Source of the DNA: Escherichia phage N30
Length of the DNA stretch: 39,266 bases
Sequence record: NC_048078.1
Direction: 5' to 3' (one strand)
Positions 29,153-38,869 of the stretch are shown here, piece after piece; the stretch's first letter is position 1; each line of letters starts with the position of its first letter. The notes under the pieces are model-generated. The model did no database searches. It saw nothing but the letters and a program-made list of their open reading frames with translations, and was not told the origin of the DNA. The position numbers and the translations under genes are program-made.

Positions 29153-32100
29153 ATGGATAAGTACGATAAGAACGTACCAAGTGATTATGATGGTCTGTTC
29201 CAAAAGGCGGCTGATGCCAACGGGGTCTCTTATGACCTTTTACGTAAAGTCGCTTGGACAGAATCACGATTTGTACCCACAGCAAAATCTAAGACTGGAC
29301 CATTAGGTATGATGCAGTTCACTAAGGCAACCGCTAAGGCCCTTGGTCTGCGAGTCACCGATGGTCCAGATGACGACCGACTGAACCCTGAGTTAGCTAT
29401 CAACGCTGCTGCTAAGCACCTTGCAGGTCTGGTTGGTAAATTCGATGGTGATGAACTCAAAGCTGCCCTTGCGTATAACCAAGGCGAGGGACGCTTGGGT
29501 AATCCTCAACTTGAGGCGTACTCAAAGGGAGACTTCGCGTCCATCTCTGAGGAGGGGCGTAATTACATGCGTAGCCTTCTGGATGTTGCTAAGTCACCTA
29601 TGGCTGGACAGTTGGAAACTTTTGGAGGTATCACCCCAAAGGGTAAAGGCATTCCGGCTGAGGTAGGATTGGCTGGAATTGGTCATAAGCAGAAGGTGAC
29701 ACAGGAACTACCTGAGTCCACAAGTTTTGACGTTAAGGGTATCGAACAGGAGGCTCCGGCGAAACCATTCGCCAAGGACTTTTGGGAGACCCACGGAGAA
29801 ACGCTTGACGAATACAACAATCGTTCAACCTTCTTCGGATTCAAAAATGCTGCCGAAGCTGAACTCTCCAACTCAGTCGCTGGGATGGCTTTCCGTGCTG
29901 GTCGTCTCGATAATGGTTTTGACGTGTTTAAAGACACCATTACGCCGACTCGCTGGAACTCTCACATCTGGACTCCAGAAGAGTTAGAGAAGATTAGAAC
30001 AGAGGTTAAGAACCCTGCGTACATCAACGTGGTAACTGGTGGTTCCCCTGAGAATCTTGATGACCTTATTAAGCTGGCTAACGAGAACTTTGAGAATGAC
30101 TCACTAGCTGCCGAAGCTGGTCTAGGTGCAAAACTGAGTGCTGGTATTATTGGCGCTGGTGTGGACCCTCTTAGCTATGTCCCTATGGTCGGTGTCACTG
30201 GTAAGGGCTTTAAGTTAATCAATAAGGCTCTTGTAGTTGGTGCAGAAAGTGCTGCTCTGAACGTTGCATCCGAAGGTCTCCGTACCTCCGTAGCTGGTGG
30301 TGACGCAGACTACGCTGGTGCGGCCTTAGGTGGCTTTGTGTTTGGCGCTGGTATGTCTGCAATCAGTGACGCTATAGCTGCTGGACTTAAACGCAGTAAA
30401 CCAGAAGCTGAGTTCGATAATGAGTTCATCGGCCCTATGATGCGGATGGAAGCCCGTGAGACAGCACGCAACGCCAACTCTGCTGACCTCTCTCGGATGA
30501 ACACTGAGAACATGAAGTTTGAAGGTGAACATAATGGTGTCCCTTATGAGGACTTATCAACCGAGAAAGGTGCCGTGGTGTTACATGATGGCTCCGTTAT
30601 AAGTGCAAGCAACCCAATCAACCCTAAGACCCTCAAAGAGTTCTCTGAGGTTGACCCTGAGAAGGCTGCGCGAGGAATCCAGCTTGCTGGGTTCACCGAG
30701 ATTGGATTGAAGACCTTGGGGTCTGATGATGCTGATATTCGTAGAGTGGCTATCGACCTTGTTCGCTCCCCGACTGGCATGCAGTCTGGTGCCTCAGGTA
30801 AGTTCGGTGCAACAGCTTCTGACATCCATGAGAGACTGCATGGTACTGACCAGCGTACCTATAATGACCTGTACAAAGCTATGTCTGACGCTATGAAAGA
30901 CCCTGAGTTCTCCACTGGCGGTGCTAAGATGTCCCGCGAAGAAACTCGCTACACTATCTATCGTAGAGCGGCACTAGCTATTGAGCGTCCAGAGTTGCAG
31001 AAGGTACTCACGCCATCTGAGAGAATCGTCATGGACATTATTAAGCGCCACTTTGACACCAAGCGTGAACTTATGGAGAATCCTGCAATCTTCGGCAATA
31101 CGAAGGCTGTTAGTATTTTCCCTGAGAGTCGCCACAAAGGGACTTACGTTCCTCACGTTTACGACCGTCATGCTAAAGCACTGATGATTCAACGCTACGG
31201 TGCCGAAGGTTTACAGGAAGGTATTGCTCGTTCGTGGATGAACAGCTACGTCTCCAGACCTGAGGTCAAGGTCAGAGTTGATGAGATGCTGAAGGAATTA
31301 CACGGGGTGAAGGAAGTAACGCCAGAGATGGTAGAGAAGTACGCTATGGATAAGGCTTATGGTATCTCCCATTCAGACCAGTTCACCAACAGTTCCATCA
31401 TTGAAGAGAACATTGAGGGCTTAGTAGGTATCGAGAACAACTCATTCCTTGAGGCACGTAACTTGTTTGATTCGGACCTATCTATCACTATGCCAGACGG
31501 ACAGCAATTCTCGGTGAACGACCTAAGGGACTTCGATATGTTCCGCATCATGCCAGCGTATGACCGCCGTATTAATGGTGACATCGCCATCATGGGGTCT
31601 ACTGGTAAAACCACTAAGGAACTTAAGGATGAGATTTTGGCTCTCAAAGCGAAAGCTGAGGGTGACGGTAAGAAGACTGGCGAGGTTCATGCTCTAATGG
31701 ATACCGTTAAGATTCTTACTGGTCGTGCTCGACGCAATCAGGACACTGTGTGGGAAACCTCACTGCGTTCCATCAATGACCTAGGGTTCTTCGCTAAGAA
31801 CGCCTACATGGGTGCTCAGAACCTTACGGAGATTGCTGGTATGATTGCCACGGGCAACGTTCGTGCTCTAGGCCACGGTATCCCAATTCTGCGTGATACA
31901 CTCTACAAGTCTAAACCAGTTTCCGCTAAGGAACTCAAGGAACTACATGCGTCTCTGTTCGGGAAGGAGGTGGACCAGTTGATTCGCCCTAAACGTGCTG
32001 ACATTGTGCAGCGCCTAAGGGAAGCAACTGATACTGGACCTGCTGTGGCGAACATCGTAGGGACCTTGAAGTATTCCACACAGGAACTGGCTGCTCGCTC

Positions 32101-33109
32101 TCCGTGGACTAAGATGCTGAACGGGACCACTAACTACCTTCTGGATGCGGCACGTCAAGGTATGCTAGGGGACGTTATTAGTGCCACCCTAACAGGTAAG
32201 ACTACCCGCTGGGAGAAAGAAGGATTCCTTCGTGGCGCCTCCGTAACTCCTGAGCAGATGGCTGGCATCAAGTCTCTCATCAAGGAACATATGGTCCGTG
32301 GCGAGGACGGGAAGTTTACCGTTAAGGACAAGCAAGCGTTCTCTATGGACCCCCGCGCTATGGACTTATGGCGACTTGCTGACAAGGTAGCTGATGAGGC
32401 AATGCTGCGTCCACATAAGGTGTCCTTACAGGATTCCCATGCATTCGGAGCATTAGGTAAGATGGTTATGCAGTTTAAGTCTTTCACTATCAAGTCCCTT
32501 AACTCTAAGTTCCTGCGAACCTTCTATGATGGATACAAGAACAACCGAGCGATTGACGCTGCGCTGACTGGTATCATCTCTATGGGTCTCGCTGGGGGTT
32601 ACTACGCTATGGCTGCACACGTCAAAGCGTATGGGATGCCTAAGGAGAAACGTAAGGAGTACTTGGAGAGAGCACTGGACCCAACCATGATTGCCCACGC
32701 TTCGTTGTCTCGTAGTTCTCAATTGGGTGCTCCTTTGGCTATGGCTGACCTAGTTGGTGGTGTCTTAGGGTTCGAGTCCTCCAAGATGGCTCGCTCTACG
32801 ATTCTACCTAAGGACACCATGAAGGAACGTGACCCAAACAAACCGTACACCTCTAGAGAGGTAATGGGAGCTATGGGTTCAAACCTTCTGGAACAGATGC
32901 CTTCTGCTGGCTTTGTGGCTAACGTAGGGGCTACCTTAATGAATGCTGCTGGCGTGGTAAACTCACCTAACAAAGCAACCGAGCAGGACTTCATGACTGG
33001 CTTGATGAACTCTACCAAGGAGTTAGTACCTAACGACCCTCTTACTCAACAGCTTGTGATTAAGATTTATGAGGCCAATGGTGTTAACTTGAGGGAGCGT
33101 AGGAAATAA
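29153..33109 (+). CDS. 16: Internal virion (core) protein D with N-terminal lytic transglycosylase domain (gp16)
   Basis: 1318 aa; N-terminal LT-like segment (...VAWTESRFVPTAKSKTGPLGMMQF...ALAYNQGEG...). Confidence 0.95.
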   Translation: MDKYDKNVPSDYDGLFQKAADANGVSYDLLRKVAWTESRFVPTAKSKTGPLGMMQFTKATAKALGLRVTDGPDDDRLNPELAINAAAKHLAGLVGKFDGDELKAALAYNQGEGRLGNPQLEAYSKGDFASISEEGRNYMRSLLDVAKSPMAGQLETFGGITPKGKGIPAEVGLAGIGHKQKVTQELPESTSFDVKGIEQEAPAKPFAKDFWETHGETLDEYNNRSTFFGFKNAAEAELSNSVAGMAFRAGRLDNGFDVFKDTITPTRWNSHIWTPEELEKIRTEVKNPAYINVVTGGSPENLDDLIKLANENFENDSLAAEAGLGAKLSAGIIGAGVDPLSYVPMVGVTGKGFKLINKALVVGAESAALNVASEGLRTSVAGGDADYAGAALGGFVFGAGMSAISDAIAAGLKRSKPEAEFDNEFIGPMMRMEARETARNANSADLSRMNTENMKFEGEHNGVPYEDLSTEKGAVVLHDGSVISASNPINPKTLKEFSEVDPEKAARGIQLAGFTEIGLKTLGSDDADIRRVAIDLVRSPTGMQSGASGKFGATASDIHERLHGTDQRTYNDLYKAMSDAMKDPEFSTGGAKMSREETRYTIYRRAALAIERPELQKVLTPSERIVMDIIKRHFDTKRELMENPAIFGNTKAVSIFPESRHKGTYVPHVYDRHAKALMIQRYGAEGLQEGIARSWMNSYVSRPEVKVRVDEMLKELHGVKEVTPEMVEKYAMDKAYGISHSDQFTNSSIIEENIEGLVGIENNSFLEARNLFDSDLSITMPDGQQFSVNDLRDFDMFRIMPAYDRRINGDIAIMGSTGKTTKELKDEILALKAKAEGDGKKTGEVHALMDTVKILTGRARRNQDTVWETSLRSINDLGFFAKNAYMGAQNLTEIAGMIATGNVRALGHGIPILRDTLYKSKPVSAKELKELHASLFGKEVDQLIRPKRADIVQRLREATDTGPAVANIVGTLKYSTQELAARSPWTKMLNGTTNYLLDAARQGMLGDVISATLTGKTTRWEKEGFLRGASVTPEQMAGIKSLIKEHMVRGEDGKFTVKDKQAFSMDPRAMDLWRLADKVADEAMLRPHKVSLQDSHAFGALGKMVMQFKSFTIKSLNSKFLRTFYDGYKNNRAIDAALTGIISMGLAGGYYAMAAHVKAYGMPKEKRKEYLERALDPTMIAHASLSRSSQLGAPLAMADLVGGVLGFESSKMARSTILPKDTMKERDPNKPYTSREVMGAMGSNLLEQMPSAGFVANVGATLMNAAGVVNSPNKATEQDFMTGLMNSTKELVPNDPLTQQLVIKIYEANGVNLRERRK

Positions 33110-33129
33110 TACGACTCACTATAGGGAGA
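33107..33129 (+). promoter_or_regulatory. Phage class III promoter phi17
   Basis: TAATACGACTCACTATAGGGAGA overlapping the gene 16 stop; followed by hairpin gggagaggcgaaataatcttctccc. Confidence 0.9.
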
Positions 33130-33181
33130 GGCGAAATAATCTTCTCCCTGTAGTCTCTTAGATTTACTTTAAGGAGGTCAA

Positions 33182-34843
33182 ATGGCTAACGTAATTAAGA
33201 CAGTTTTGACTTACCAGTTAGATGGCTCCAATCGCGATTTTAATATTCCGTTTGAGTATCTAGCCCGTAAGTTCGTAGTGGTAACTCTTATTGGTGTAGA
33301 CCGCAAGGTCCTTACGATTAATACAGACTACCGTTTTGCTACTCGCACCACTATCTCATTAACCAAGGCTTGGGGTCCAGCTGACGGGTATACTACCATC
33401 GAGTTGCGACGAGTAACCTCCACGACCGACCGCTTGGTTGACTTTACGGACGGCTCAATCCTCCGTGCGTATGACCTTAACGTAGCTCAGATTCAAACAA
33501 TGCATGTGGCAGAAGAGGCCCGTGACTTAACTGCTGATACTATTGGTGTCAACAACGATGGTCACTTGGATGCCCGTGGTCGTCGAATCGTTAACCTAGC
33601 AAACGCTGTGGATGACCGTGATGCTGTTCCACTTGGTCAACTTAAGGTCATGAACCAGAACTCTTGGCAAGCACGAAATGAAGCCTTACAGTTCCGTAAT
33701 GAGGCTGAGACTTTCCGAAACCAAGCGGAAGGCTTTAAGAACGAGTCTGGTACCAACGCTGCTAATACGAAGCAGTGGCGCGATGAGACTAATGGGTTCC
33801 GTAATGAGGCTGAACAGTTCAAGAATACTGCTGGTCAATATGCGACATCTGCTGGGAACTCTGCTACTGCTGCACACCAATCTGAGGTAAACGCTGGAAA
33901 CTCAGCTACGGCCTCAGCGGATTCTGCGGCTTCTTCAAAACAGCAAGCAGACCGAGCGAAGCAGGAAGCAGACAAGCTGGGAAACTGGAACGCCCTTGCT
34001 GGTACTGTAGATAGCGTTCAGGGTGATAGTGTATTCTGGAAAGGAGGAGGCTATTGGGTTGGAGGTCCCGTATACCAACTACAAACGAACCACGCGTTTA
34101 GGTTCCGTATGGGTCTTTGGGAAGAAGGCGACTTCCTTAAGTCTGACTTCGCTATGGACCGACCGGACGGTATAGGGTTCATAGAGTATGCAGCGGACAA
34201 GACTGGGCAACATCGTCACCAGATTCGACTTAATCAGTTAACAATAGCTGGCGGTGTATTAGAGTCAGATGCTGATGATCGCATAGCTCACGCTTTCGCT
34301 GACCAGTACAACACTAAAGCTCCTTTCTTCCAACAGATTCATGTACAGTCTACAAGCTCATATCACCCAATAATAAAGCAACGAACTTACCAATCTGGAC
34401 GGTGGGCAGGATGCTGGTCTATCGGTACATTACTGACTAGTACGTCTCCGTCATTCCACGTACATATGAAAGACGAAGGGGCAGGTGATAAACTTTGGAC
34501 GTTCAATACCAATGGAGACTTCCGCGTCCCTGGGGAGATTTGGGCCGATGGTGGACGTGTGGTTGTACGGAATGGCTCTTTTGACCCTGAGGGTAGAGTT
34601 TGGGGTAATGTGTATGATACCGGATACCTAGATGACTGGGTTCGAAGACATTTCATAGGGGATGTCTACCTAGGTCCTCAATCGTGGCAACAACAAACTG
34701 GAGGTTATCAGGACATTATAGCACCAGCTGGGCATGTGCAAACAGGTACAACCGCTAGTAATGGAGCCGTTGCGGGTATCTTTGTAAGACCGGTATGGCT
34801 TGGTTTCCATAACGGCACAAGAAGAATCATTGCGTCACAGTAA
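33182..34843 (+). CDS. 17: Tail fibre protein (gp17) with conserved N-terminal half and divergent C-terminal receptor-binding half
   Basis: 553 aa; N-terminus MANVIKTVLTYQLDGSNRDFNIPFEYLARKFVVVTLIGVDRKV... and coiled-coil rod are T7-like; C-terminal ~290 aa contain HxH motifs (QHRHQ, FHVHM). Confidence 0.95.
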   Translation: MANVIKTVLTYQLDGSNRDFNIPFEYLARKFVVVTLIGVDRKVLTINTDYRFATRTTISLTKAWGPADGYTTIELRRVTSTTDRLVDFTDGSILRAYDLNVAQIQTMHVAEEARDLTADTIGVNNDGHLDARGRRIVNLANAVDDRDAVPLGQLKVMNQNSWQARNEALQFRNEAETFRNQAEGFKNESGTNAANTKQWRDETNGFRNEAEQFKNTAGQYATSAGNSATAAHQSEVNAGNSATASADSAASSKQQADRAKQEADKLGNWNALAGTVDSVQGDSVFWKGGGYWVGGPVYQLQTNHAFRFRMGLWEEGDFLKSDFAMDRPDGIGFIEYAADKTGQHRHQIRLNQLTIAGGVLESDADDRIAHAFADQYNTKAPFFQQIHVQSTSSYHPIIKQRTYQSGRWAGCWSIGTLLTSTSPSFHVHMKDEGAGDKLWTFNTNGDFRVPGEIWADGGRVVVRNGSFDPEGRVWGNVYDTGYLDDWVRRHFIGDVYLGPQSWQQQTGGYQDIIAPAGHVQTGTTASNGAVAGIFVRPVWLGFHNGTRRIIASQ

Positions 34844-34852
34844 GGAGGGACC

Positions 34853-35230
34853 ATGAGAGTATTTTCTAACTGGAAGTGGACCGAAGGGTCTTACTTTGGA
34901 AAACCAATCTATGAGATTCGTGACCACAGTAACGTTGATTGGTACACCTTAATGGATGAACTAGATGAGCGCCAAGAAACATGGGTGGTAGGTATTGGAC
35001 CTAGCGGCGACGTTATGTGGTTCACTGATGGACCCGTGTCTGGACTGTACGTGCCTGTAGATGGGGGGACCGTTGTAGTAACTGATTCTTTCGAGTTCTC
35101 TGACAACTGGAGAGGGTGCACATGGGACGGTAAGAAATTCCATGCACCAGAAGAAGTCCAGAAGCGAACTAAGGAGGACATTGAGCAGGACTTACTGAAA
35201 CTCATGGCTGAGTTGAAGGGTCTGGAATAA
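34853..35230 (+). CDS. Hypothetical acidic protein; candidate tail-fibre assembly chaperone/accessory (no counterpart at this position in T7)
   Basis: 125-aa ORF with strong SD TAAGGAGGG overlapping the gene 17 stop and ATG 9 nt later (translational coupling); T7 has only a short intergenic gap here. Confidence 0.7.
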   Translation: MRVFSNWKWTEGSYFGKPIYEIRDHSNVDWYTLMDELDERQETWVVGIGPSGDVMWFTDGPVSGLYVPVDGGTVVVTDSFEFSDNWRGCTWDGKKFHAPEEVQKRTKEDIEQDLLKLMAELKGLE

Positions 35231-35283
35231 TCATGTCAAGGAAAGACGTGTAGTCCACGGAAGGACTCTCACAAGGAGGACAC

Positions 35284-35487
35284 ATGCTGTCTTTAGATTT
35301 TAACAATGAGTTAGTCAAGGCTGCACCTATTGTTGGCACAGGTGTGGCTGATGGCGCTGCGAGGCTTTTCTTCGGGCTGAGTCTTAATGAGTGGTTCTAC
35401 GTTGCCGCTATTGCCTACACAGTGGTTCAGATTGGTGCCAAGGTAGTCGATAAGATGATTGACTGGAAGAAAGCCAATAAGGAGTGA
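35284..35487 (+). CDS. 17.5: Holin (class II, gp17.5)
   Basis: 67 aa, MLSLDFNNELVKAAPIVGTGVADGAARLFFGLSLNEWFYVAAIAYTVVQIGAKVVDKMIDWKKANKE; hydrophobic segments plus charged C-terminus. Confidence 0.95.
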   Translation: MLSLDFNNELVKAAPIVGTGVADGAARLFFGLSLNEWFYVAAIAYTVVQIGAKVVDKMIDWKKANKE

Positions 35488-35492
35488 TGTAT

Positions 35493-35762
35493 ATGGAAAA
35501 GGATAAGAGCCTTATTACGTTCTTAGAGATGTTGGACACTGCGATGGCTCAGCGTATGCTTGCTGATTTATCCAATGATGAGCGTCGGACTCCTCAACTC
35601 TATAATGCTATTAACAAACTGTTAGACCGCCACAAGTTCCAGATTGGCAAGTTGCAGCCGGATGTTCACATCTTGGGTGGCCTTGCTGGTGCTCTTGAAG
35701 AGTACAAAGAGAAAGTCGGTGATAACGGTCTTACGGATGACGATATTTACACATTACAGTGA
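35493..35762 (+). CDS. 18: Terminase small subunit (DNA maturase A, gp18)
   Basis: MEKDKSLITFLEMLDTAMAQRMLADLSNDERRTPQLYNAINKLLDRHKFQIGKLQPDVHILGGLAGALEEYKEKVGDNGLTDDDIYTLQ (89 aa); AAGGAG 8 nt upstream. Confidence 0.9.
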   Translation: MEKDKSLITFLEMLDTAMAQRMLADLSNDERRTPQLYNAINKLLDRHKFQIGKLQPDVHILGGLAGALEEYKEKVGDNGLTDDDIYTLQ

Positions 35763-35763
35763 T

Positions 35764-35805
35764 ATACTCAAGGCCACTACATATAGTGGTCTTTATGGAT
35801 GTCAT
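35764..35805 (+). promoter_or_regulatory. RNase III site R18.5 (approximate)
   Basis: actcaaggccactacatatagtggtctttatgga hairpin. Confidence 0.4.
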
Positions 35806-35856
35806 TGTCTACACGAGATGCTCCTACGTGAAATCTGAAAGTTAACGGGAGGCATT

Positions 35857-36300
35857 ATGCTGCAATTTTTACGTAAGCTAATCCCTTGGGTTCTCGCTGG
35901 GATGTTATTCGGATTAGGATGGCATCTAGGGTCGGACTCAACGGACGCTAAATGGAAACAGGAGGTACACAATGAGTACGTTAAGAGAGTTGAGGCTACG
36001 GCGAGCACTCAAAGAGCAATCAATGAAATATCGGCTAAGTATCAAGAAGACCTTGCCGCGCTGGAAGGGAGCACTGATAGGATTATTTCTGATTTGCGTA
36101 GCGACAATAAGCGGCTGCGTGTCAGAGTCAAAACTACCGGAGCCTCCGATGGTCAGTGTGGATTCGAGCCTGATGGTCGAGCCGAACTTGACGACCGAGA
36201 TGCTAAACGTATTATCGCAGTGACCCAGAAGGGTGACGCATGGATTCGTGCGTTACAGGATACTATTCGTGAACTGCAACGTAAGCAGGAAACCAAGTAA
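35857..36300 (+). CDS. 18.5: Rz-like i-spanin (gp18.5)
   Basis: 147 aa with N-terminal TM segment (LIPWVLAGMLFGLGWHLG) and coiled-coil periplasmic domain. Confidence 0.9.
   Translation: MLQFLRKLIPWVLAGMLFGLGWHLGSDSTDAKWKQEVHNEYVKRVEATASTQRAINEISAKYQEDLAALEGSTDRIISDLRSDNKRLRVRVKTTGASDGQCGFEPDGRAELDDRDAKRIIAVTQKGDAWIRALQDTIRELQRKQETK
35972..36223 (+). CDS. 18.7: Rz1-like o-spanin lipoprotein embedded in 18.5 (+1 frame)
   Basis: 83 aa; lipobox-like LICVATISGC followed by a Pro-rich segment; fully nested in gene 18.5 as in T7. Confidence 0.85.
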   Translation: MSTLRELRLRRALKEQSMKYRLSIKKTLPRWKGALIGLFLICVATISGCVSESKLPEPPMVSVDSSLMVEPNLTTEMLNVLSQ

Positions 36301-36309
36301 GGAGGTAAT

Positions 36310-38070
36310 GTGTCTACTCAATCCAATCGTAATGCGCTCGTAGTGGCGCAACTGAAAGGAGACTTTGTGGCGTTCCTGTTCGTCTTATGGAAGGCGTTAA
36401 ACCTTCCGGTGCCCACTAAGTGTCAGATTGACATGGCTAAGGTGCTGGCGAATGGGGAGAACAAGAAGTTCATCTTACAGGCTTTCCGTGGTATCGGTAA
36501 GTCGTTCATCACGTGTGCGTTCGTTGTGTGGTCCTTATGGAGAGACCCTCAGTTGAAGATACTTATCGTATCAGCCTCTAAGGAACGTGCAGACGCTAAC
36601 TCCATCTTCATCAAGAACATCATTGAACTGCTGCCGTTTCTCAGTGAGTTGAAGCCGAGACCCGGACAGCGTGATTCTGTAATCAGCTTTGATGTTGGTC
36701 CTGCTAATCCAGACCACTCGCCGAGCGTGAAGTCAGTAGGTATCACTGGTCAGTTAACAGGTAGCCGTGCTGATATTATCATTGCGGATGACGTTGAGGT
36801 TCCGTCTAACAGTGCGACTATGGGTGCCCGTGAGAAGCTATGGACTCTCGTTCAGGAGTTCGCTGCGTTACTTAAGCCACTGCCGTCTTCTCGCGTTATC
36901 TACCTTGGAACACCTCAGACTGAGATGACTCTCTATAAGGAACTTGAGGATAACCGTGGGTATACCACTATCATCTGGCCTGCCTTGTACCCAAGGACGC
37001 GTGAAGAGAACCTCTATTACTCTCAGCGTCTGGCACCAATGCTCCGTGCGGAGTACGAGGAGAATCCTGAGGCGCTGGCTGGAACTCCTACAGACCCTGT
37101 GCGCTTTGACCGTGATGACCTTCGTGAGCGTGAATTGGAATATGGTAAGGCTGGTTTCACACTACAGTTCATGCTTAACCCGAACCTGAGTGATGCCGAG
37201 AAGTACCCTCTGAGGCTCCGTGACGCTATCGTAGCGGCCTTAGACTTAGAGAAGGCACCAATGCATTACCAATGGCTTCCGAACCGTCAGAACATCATTG
37301 AGGACCTTCCTAACGTGGGCCTTAAGGGTGACGACCTGCATACATACCATGAGTGCTCGAATAACTCTGGTCAGTATCAACAGAAGATTCTGGTCATTGA
37401 CCCAAGTGGTCGTGGTAAGGATGAGACAGGTTACGCTGTACTGTACACCCTCAACGGTTATATCTACCTCATGGAAGCTGGAGGTTTCCGTGATGGTTAC
37501 TCCGATAAGACCCTTGAGTTGCTCGCTAAGAAAGCTAAGCAATGGGGAGTCCAGACGGTTGTCTACGAGAGTAACTTCGGTGACGGTATGTTTGGTAAGG
37601 TATTCAGTCCTATCCTTCTTAAACACCACAACTGTGCTATGGAAGAGATTCGCGCCCGTGGTATGAAGGAGATGCGTATTTGTGATACCCTTGAGCCAGT
37701 CATGCAGACTCACCGCCTTGTCATTCGTGATGAGGTCATTAGGGCAGACTATCAGTCCGCTCGTGACATAGACGGTAAGCATGACGTTAAGTATTCACTG
37801 TTCTACCAGATGACTCGCATCACTCGTGAGAAAGGCGCTCTGGCCCATGATGACCGATTGGATGCCCTTGCGTTAGGCATTGAGTATCTCCGTGAGTCCA
37901 TGCAACTGGATTCCGTTAAGGTCGAAGGTGAAGTGCTTGCTGACTTCCTTGAGGAACACATGATGCGTCCTACGGTTGCCGCTACGCACATCATTGAGAT
38001 GTCTGTAGGAGGAGTTGATGTGTACTCTGAGGACGATGAGGGTTACGGTACGTCTTTCATTGAGTGGTGA
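36310..38070 (+). CDS. 19: Terminase large subunit (DNA maturase B, gp19)
   Basis: 586 aa, GTG start after GGAGGTAAT; [66 protein letters not shown]... (Walker A-like GIGKS). Confidence 0.97.
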   Translation: MSTQSNRNALVVAQLKGDFVAFLFVLWKALNLPVPTKCQIDMAKVLANGENKKFILQAFRGIGKSFITCAFVVWSLWRDPQLKILIVSASKERADANSIFIKNIIELLPFLSELKPRPGQRDSVISFDVGPANPDHSPSVKSVGITGQLTGSRADIIIADDVEVPSNSATMGAREKLWTLVQEFAALLKPLPSSRVIYLGTPQTEMTLYKELEDNRGYTTIIWPALYPRTREENLYYSQRLAPMLRAEYEENPEALAGTPTDPVRFDRDDLRERELEYGKAGFTLQFMLNPNLSDAEKYPLRLRDAIVAALDLEKAPMHYQWLPNRQNIIEDLPNVGLKGDDLHTYHECSNNSGQYQQKILVIDPSGRGKDETGYAVLYTLNGYIYLMEAGGFRDGYSDKTLELLAKKAKQWGVQTVVYESNFGDGMFGKVFSPILLKHHNCAMEEIRARGMKEMRICDTLEPVMQTHRLVIRDEVIRADYQSARDIDGKHDVKYSLFYQMTRITREKGALAHDDRLDALALGIEYLRESMQLDSVKVEGEVLADFLEEHMMRPTVAATHIIEMSVGGVDVYSEDDEGYGTSFIEW

Positions 38071-38107
38071 TTTATGAGGCCAAGGAAGGCCGCTTTAAGG
38101 AGGTAAT

Positions 38108-38551
38108 ATGATAAGCAAGAAGAAGTATGTTGTCGATAAGGAGACTGGTTGCTGGAACTTTAAGGGATGTAAGACGAAGACTGGTTATGGTCGTATTCGT
38201 GTGAATGGGGTACATTGGATGGCCCACAGGTATTCCCTGAGTTGTCACCTAGGTAGACCGATAGCTGACGGAATGGTTGTGATGCACCTGTGTGATAACC
38301 CTTCATGTGTTAACCCTGAGCACCTTAAGGAAGGGACTCAGAAGGAGAACATAGAGGACTGCATCCAGAAAGGTCGCGCAACAAAGGCCACAGGTAAACG
38401 CGATGTGTCTAAGAGAGACCCTAGCGAGGAACGTAAGGCTATCGTTATTCGCAGATACCATAAAGGCTGGACAGCAACGTCCATAGCCAGATACCATAAG
38501 CTCTCTGTGGCGTGGGTCAAGAGTGTAATTGAGGCTTACCTAAGTGATTGA
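38108..38551 (+). CDS. HNH (homing-type) endonuclease, paralog of the 12248 ORF
   Basis: 147 aa; HLCDNPSCVNPEHLKEGTQKEN HNH core; preceding GYGRIRVNGVHWMAHR aligns with AYGVFWMGGKNHKAHR of the other copy; SD AAGGAGGT upstream. Confidence 0.85.
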   Translation: MISKKKYVVDKETGCWNFKGCKTKTGYGRIRVNGVHWMAHRYSLSCHLGRPIADGMVVMHLCDNPSCVNPEHLKEGTQKENIEDCIQKGRATKATGKRDVSKRDPSEERKAIVIRRYHKGWTATSIARYHKLSVAWVKSVIEAYLSD

Positions 38552-38602
38552 TATTTGAAATTAGTGATACAGGTCTAAGTATATGATTCTAGACCGTTAT
38601 TC

Positions 38603-38625
38603 TAATTCGACTCACTATAGGGAGA
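38603..38625 (+). promoter_or_regulatory. Phage promoter phiOR
   Basis: TAATTCGACTCACTATAGGGAGA, +1 G at 38620. Confidence 0.85.
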
Positions 38626-38716
38626 AGCCTACCTAAAGATAACTATAAGACTTAAAGTGTCCTATAAGGTAGGTTGTTATTATTGTTAATACAACCAACA
38701 TAAAGGGAGGAGACTC

Positions 38717-38866
38717 ATGTTCCGCTTATTGTTGAACCTACTGCGGCATAGAGTCACCTACCGCTTTCTTATGGTACTTTGTGCTGCCATTGGTTATGCA
38801 GCTTTTAGTGGGGACCTCAGTTCGCTGGAGTCTACCGTTTGCTCTTTACTCACTTGTGTTGATTAG
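38717..38866 (+). CDS. 19.5: gp19.5, small hydrophobic protein
   Basis: Hand-translated MFRLLLNLLRHRVTYRFLMVLCAAIGYAAFSGDLSSLESTVCSLLTCVD (49 aa); SD AAAGGGAGGAG upstream. Confidence 0.8.
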   Translation: MFRLLLNLLRHRVTYRFLMVLCAAIGYAAFSGDLSSLESTVCSLLTCVD

Positions 38867-38869
38867 GGT

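Noticed and set aside
35236-35283. Short hairpin (agtcc-acggaa-ggact) between the novel ORF and the holin gene
   Set aside because: The stem is only 5 bp with no U-tract, so it is not a convincing terminator. It may simply be part of the holin leader with its SD AAGGAGGA.
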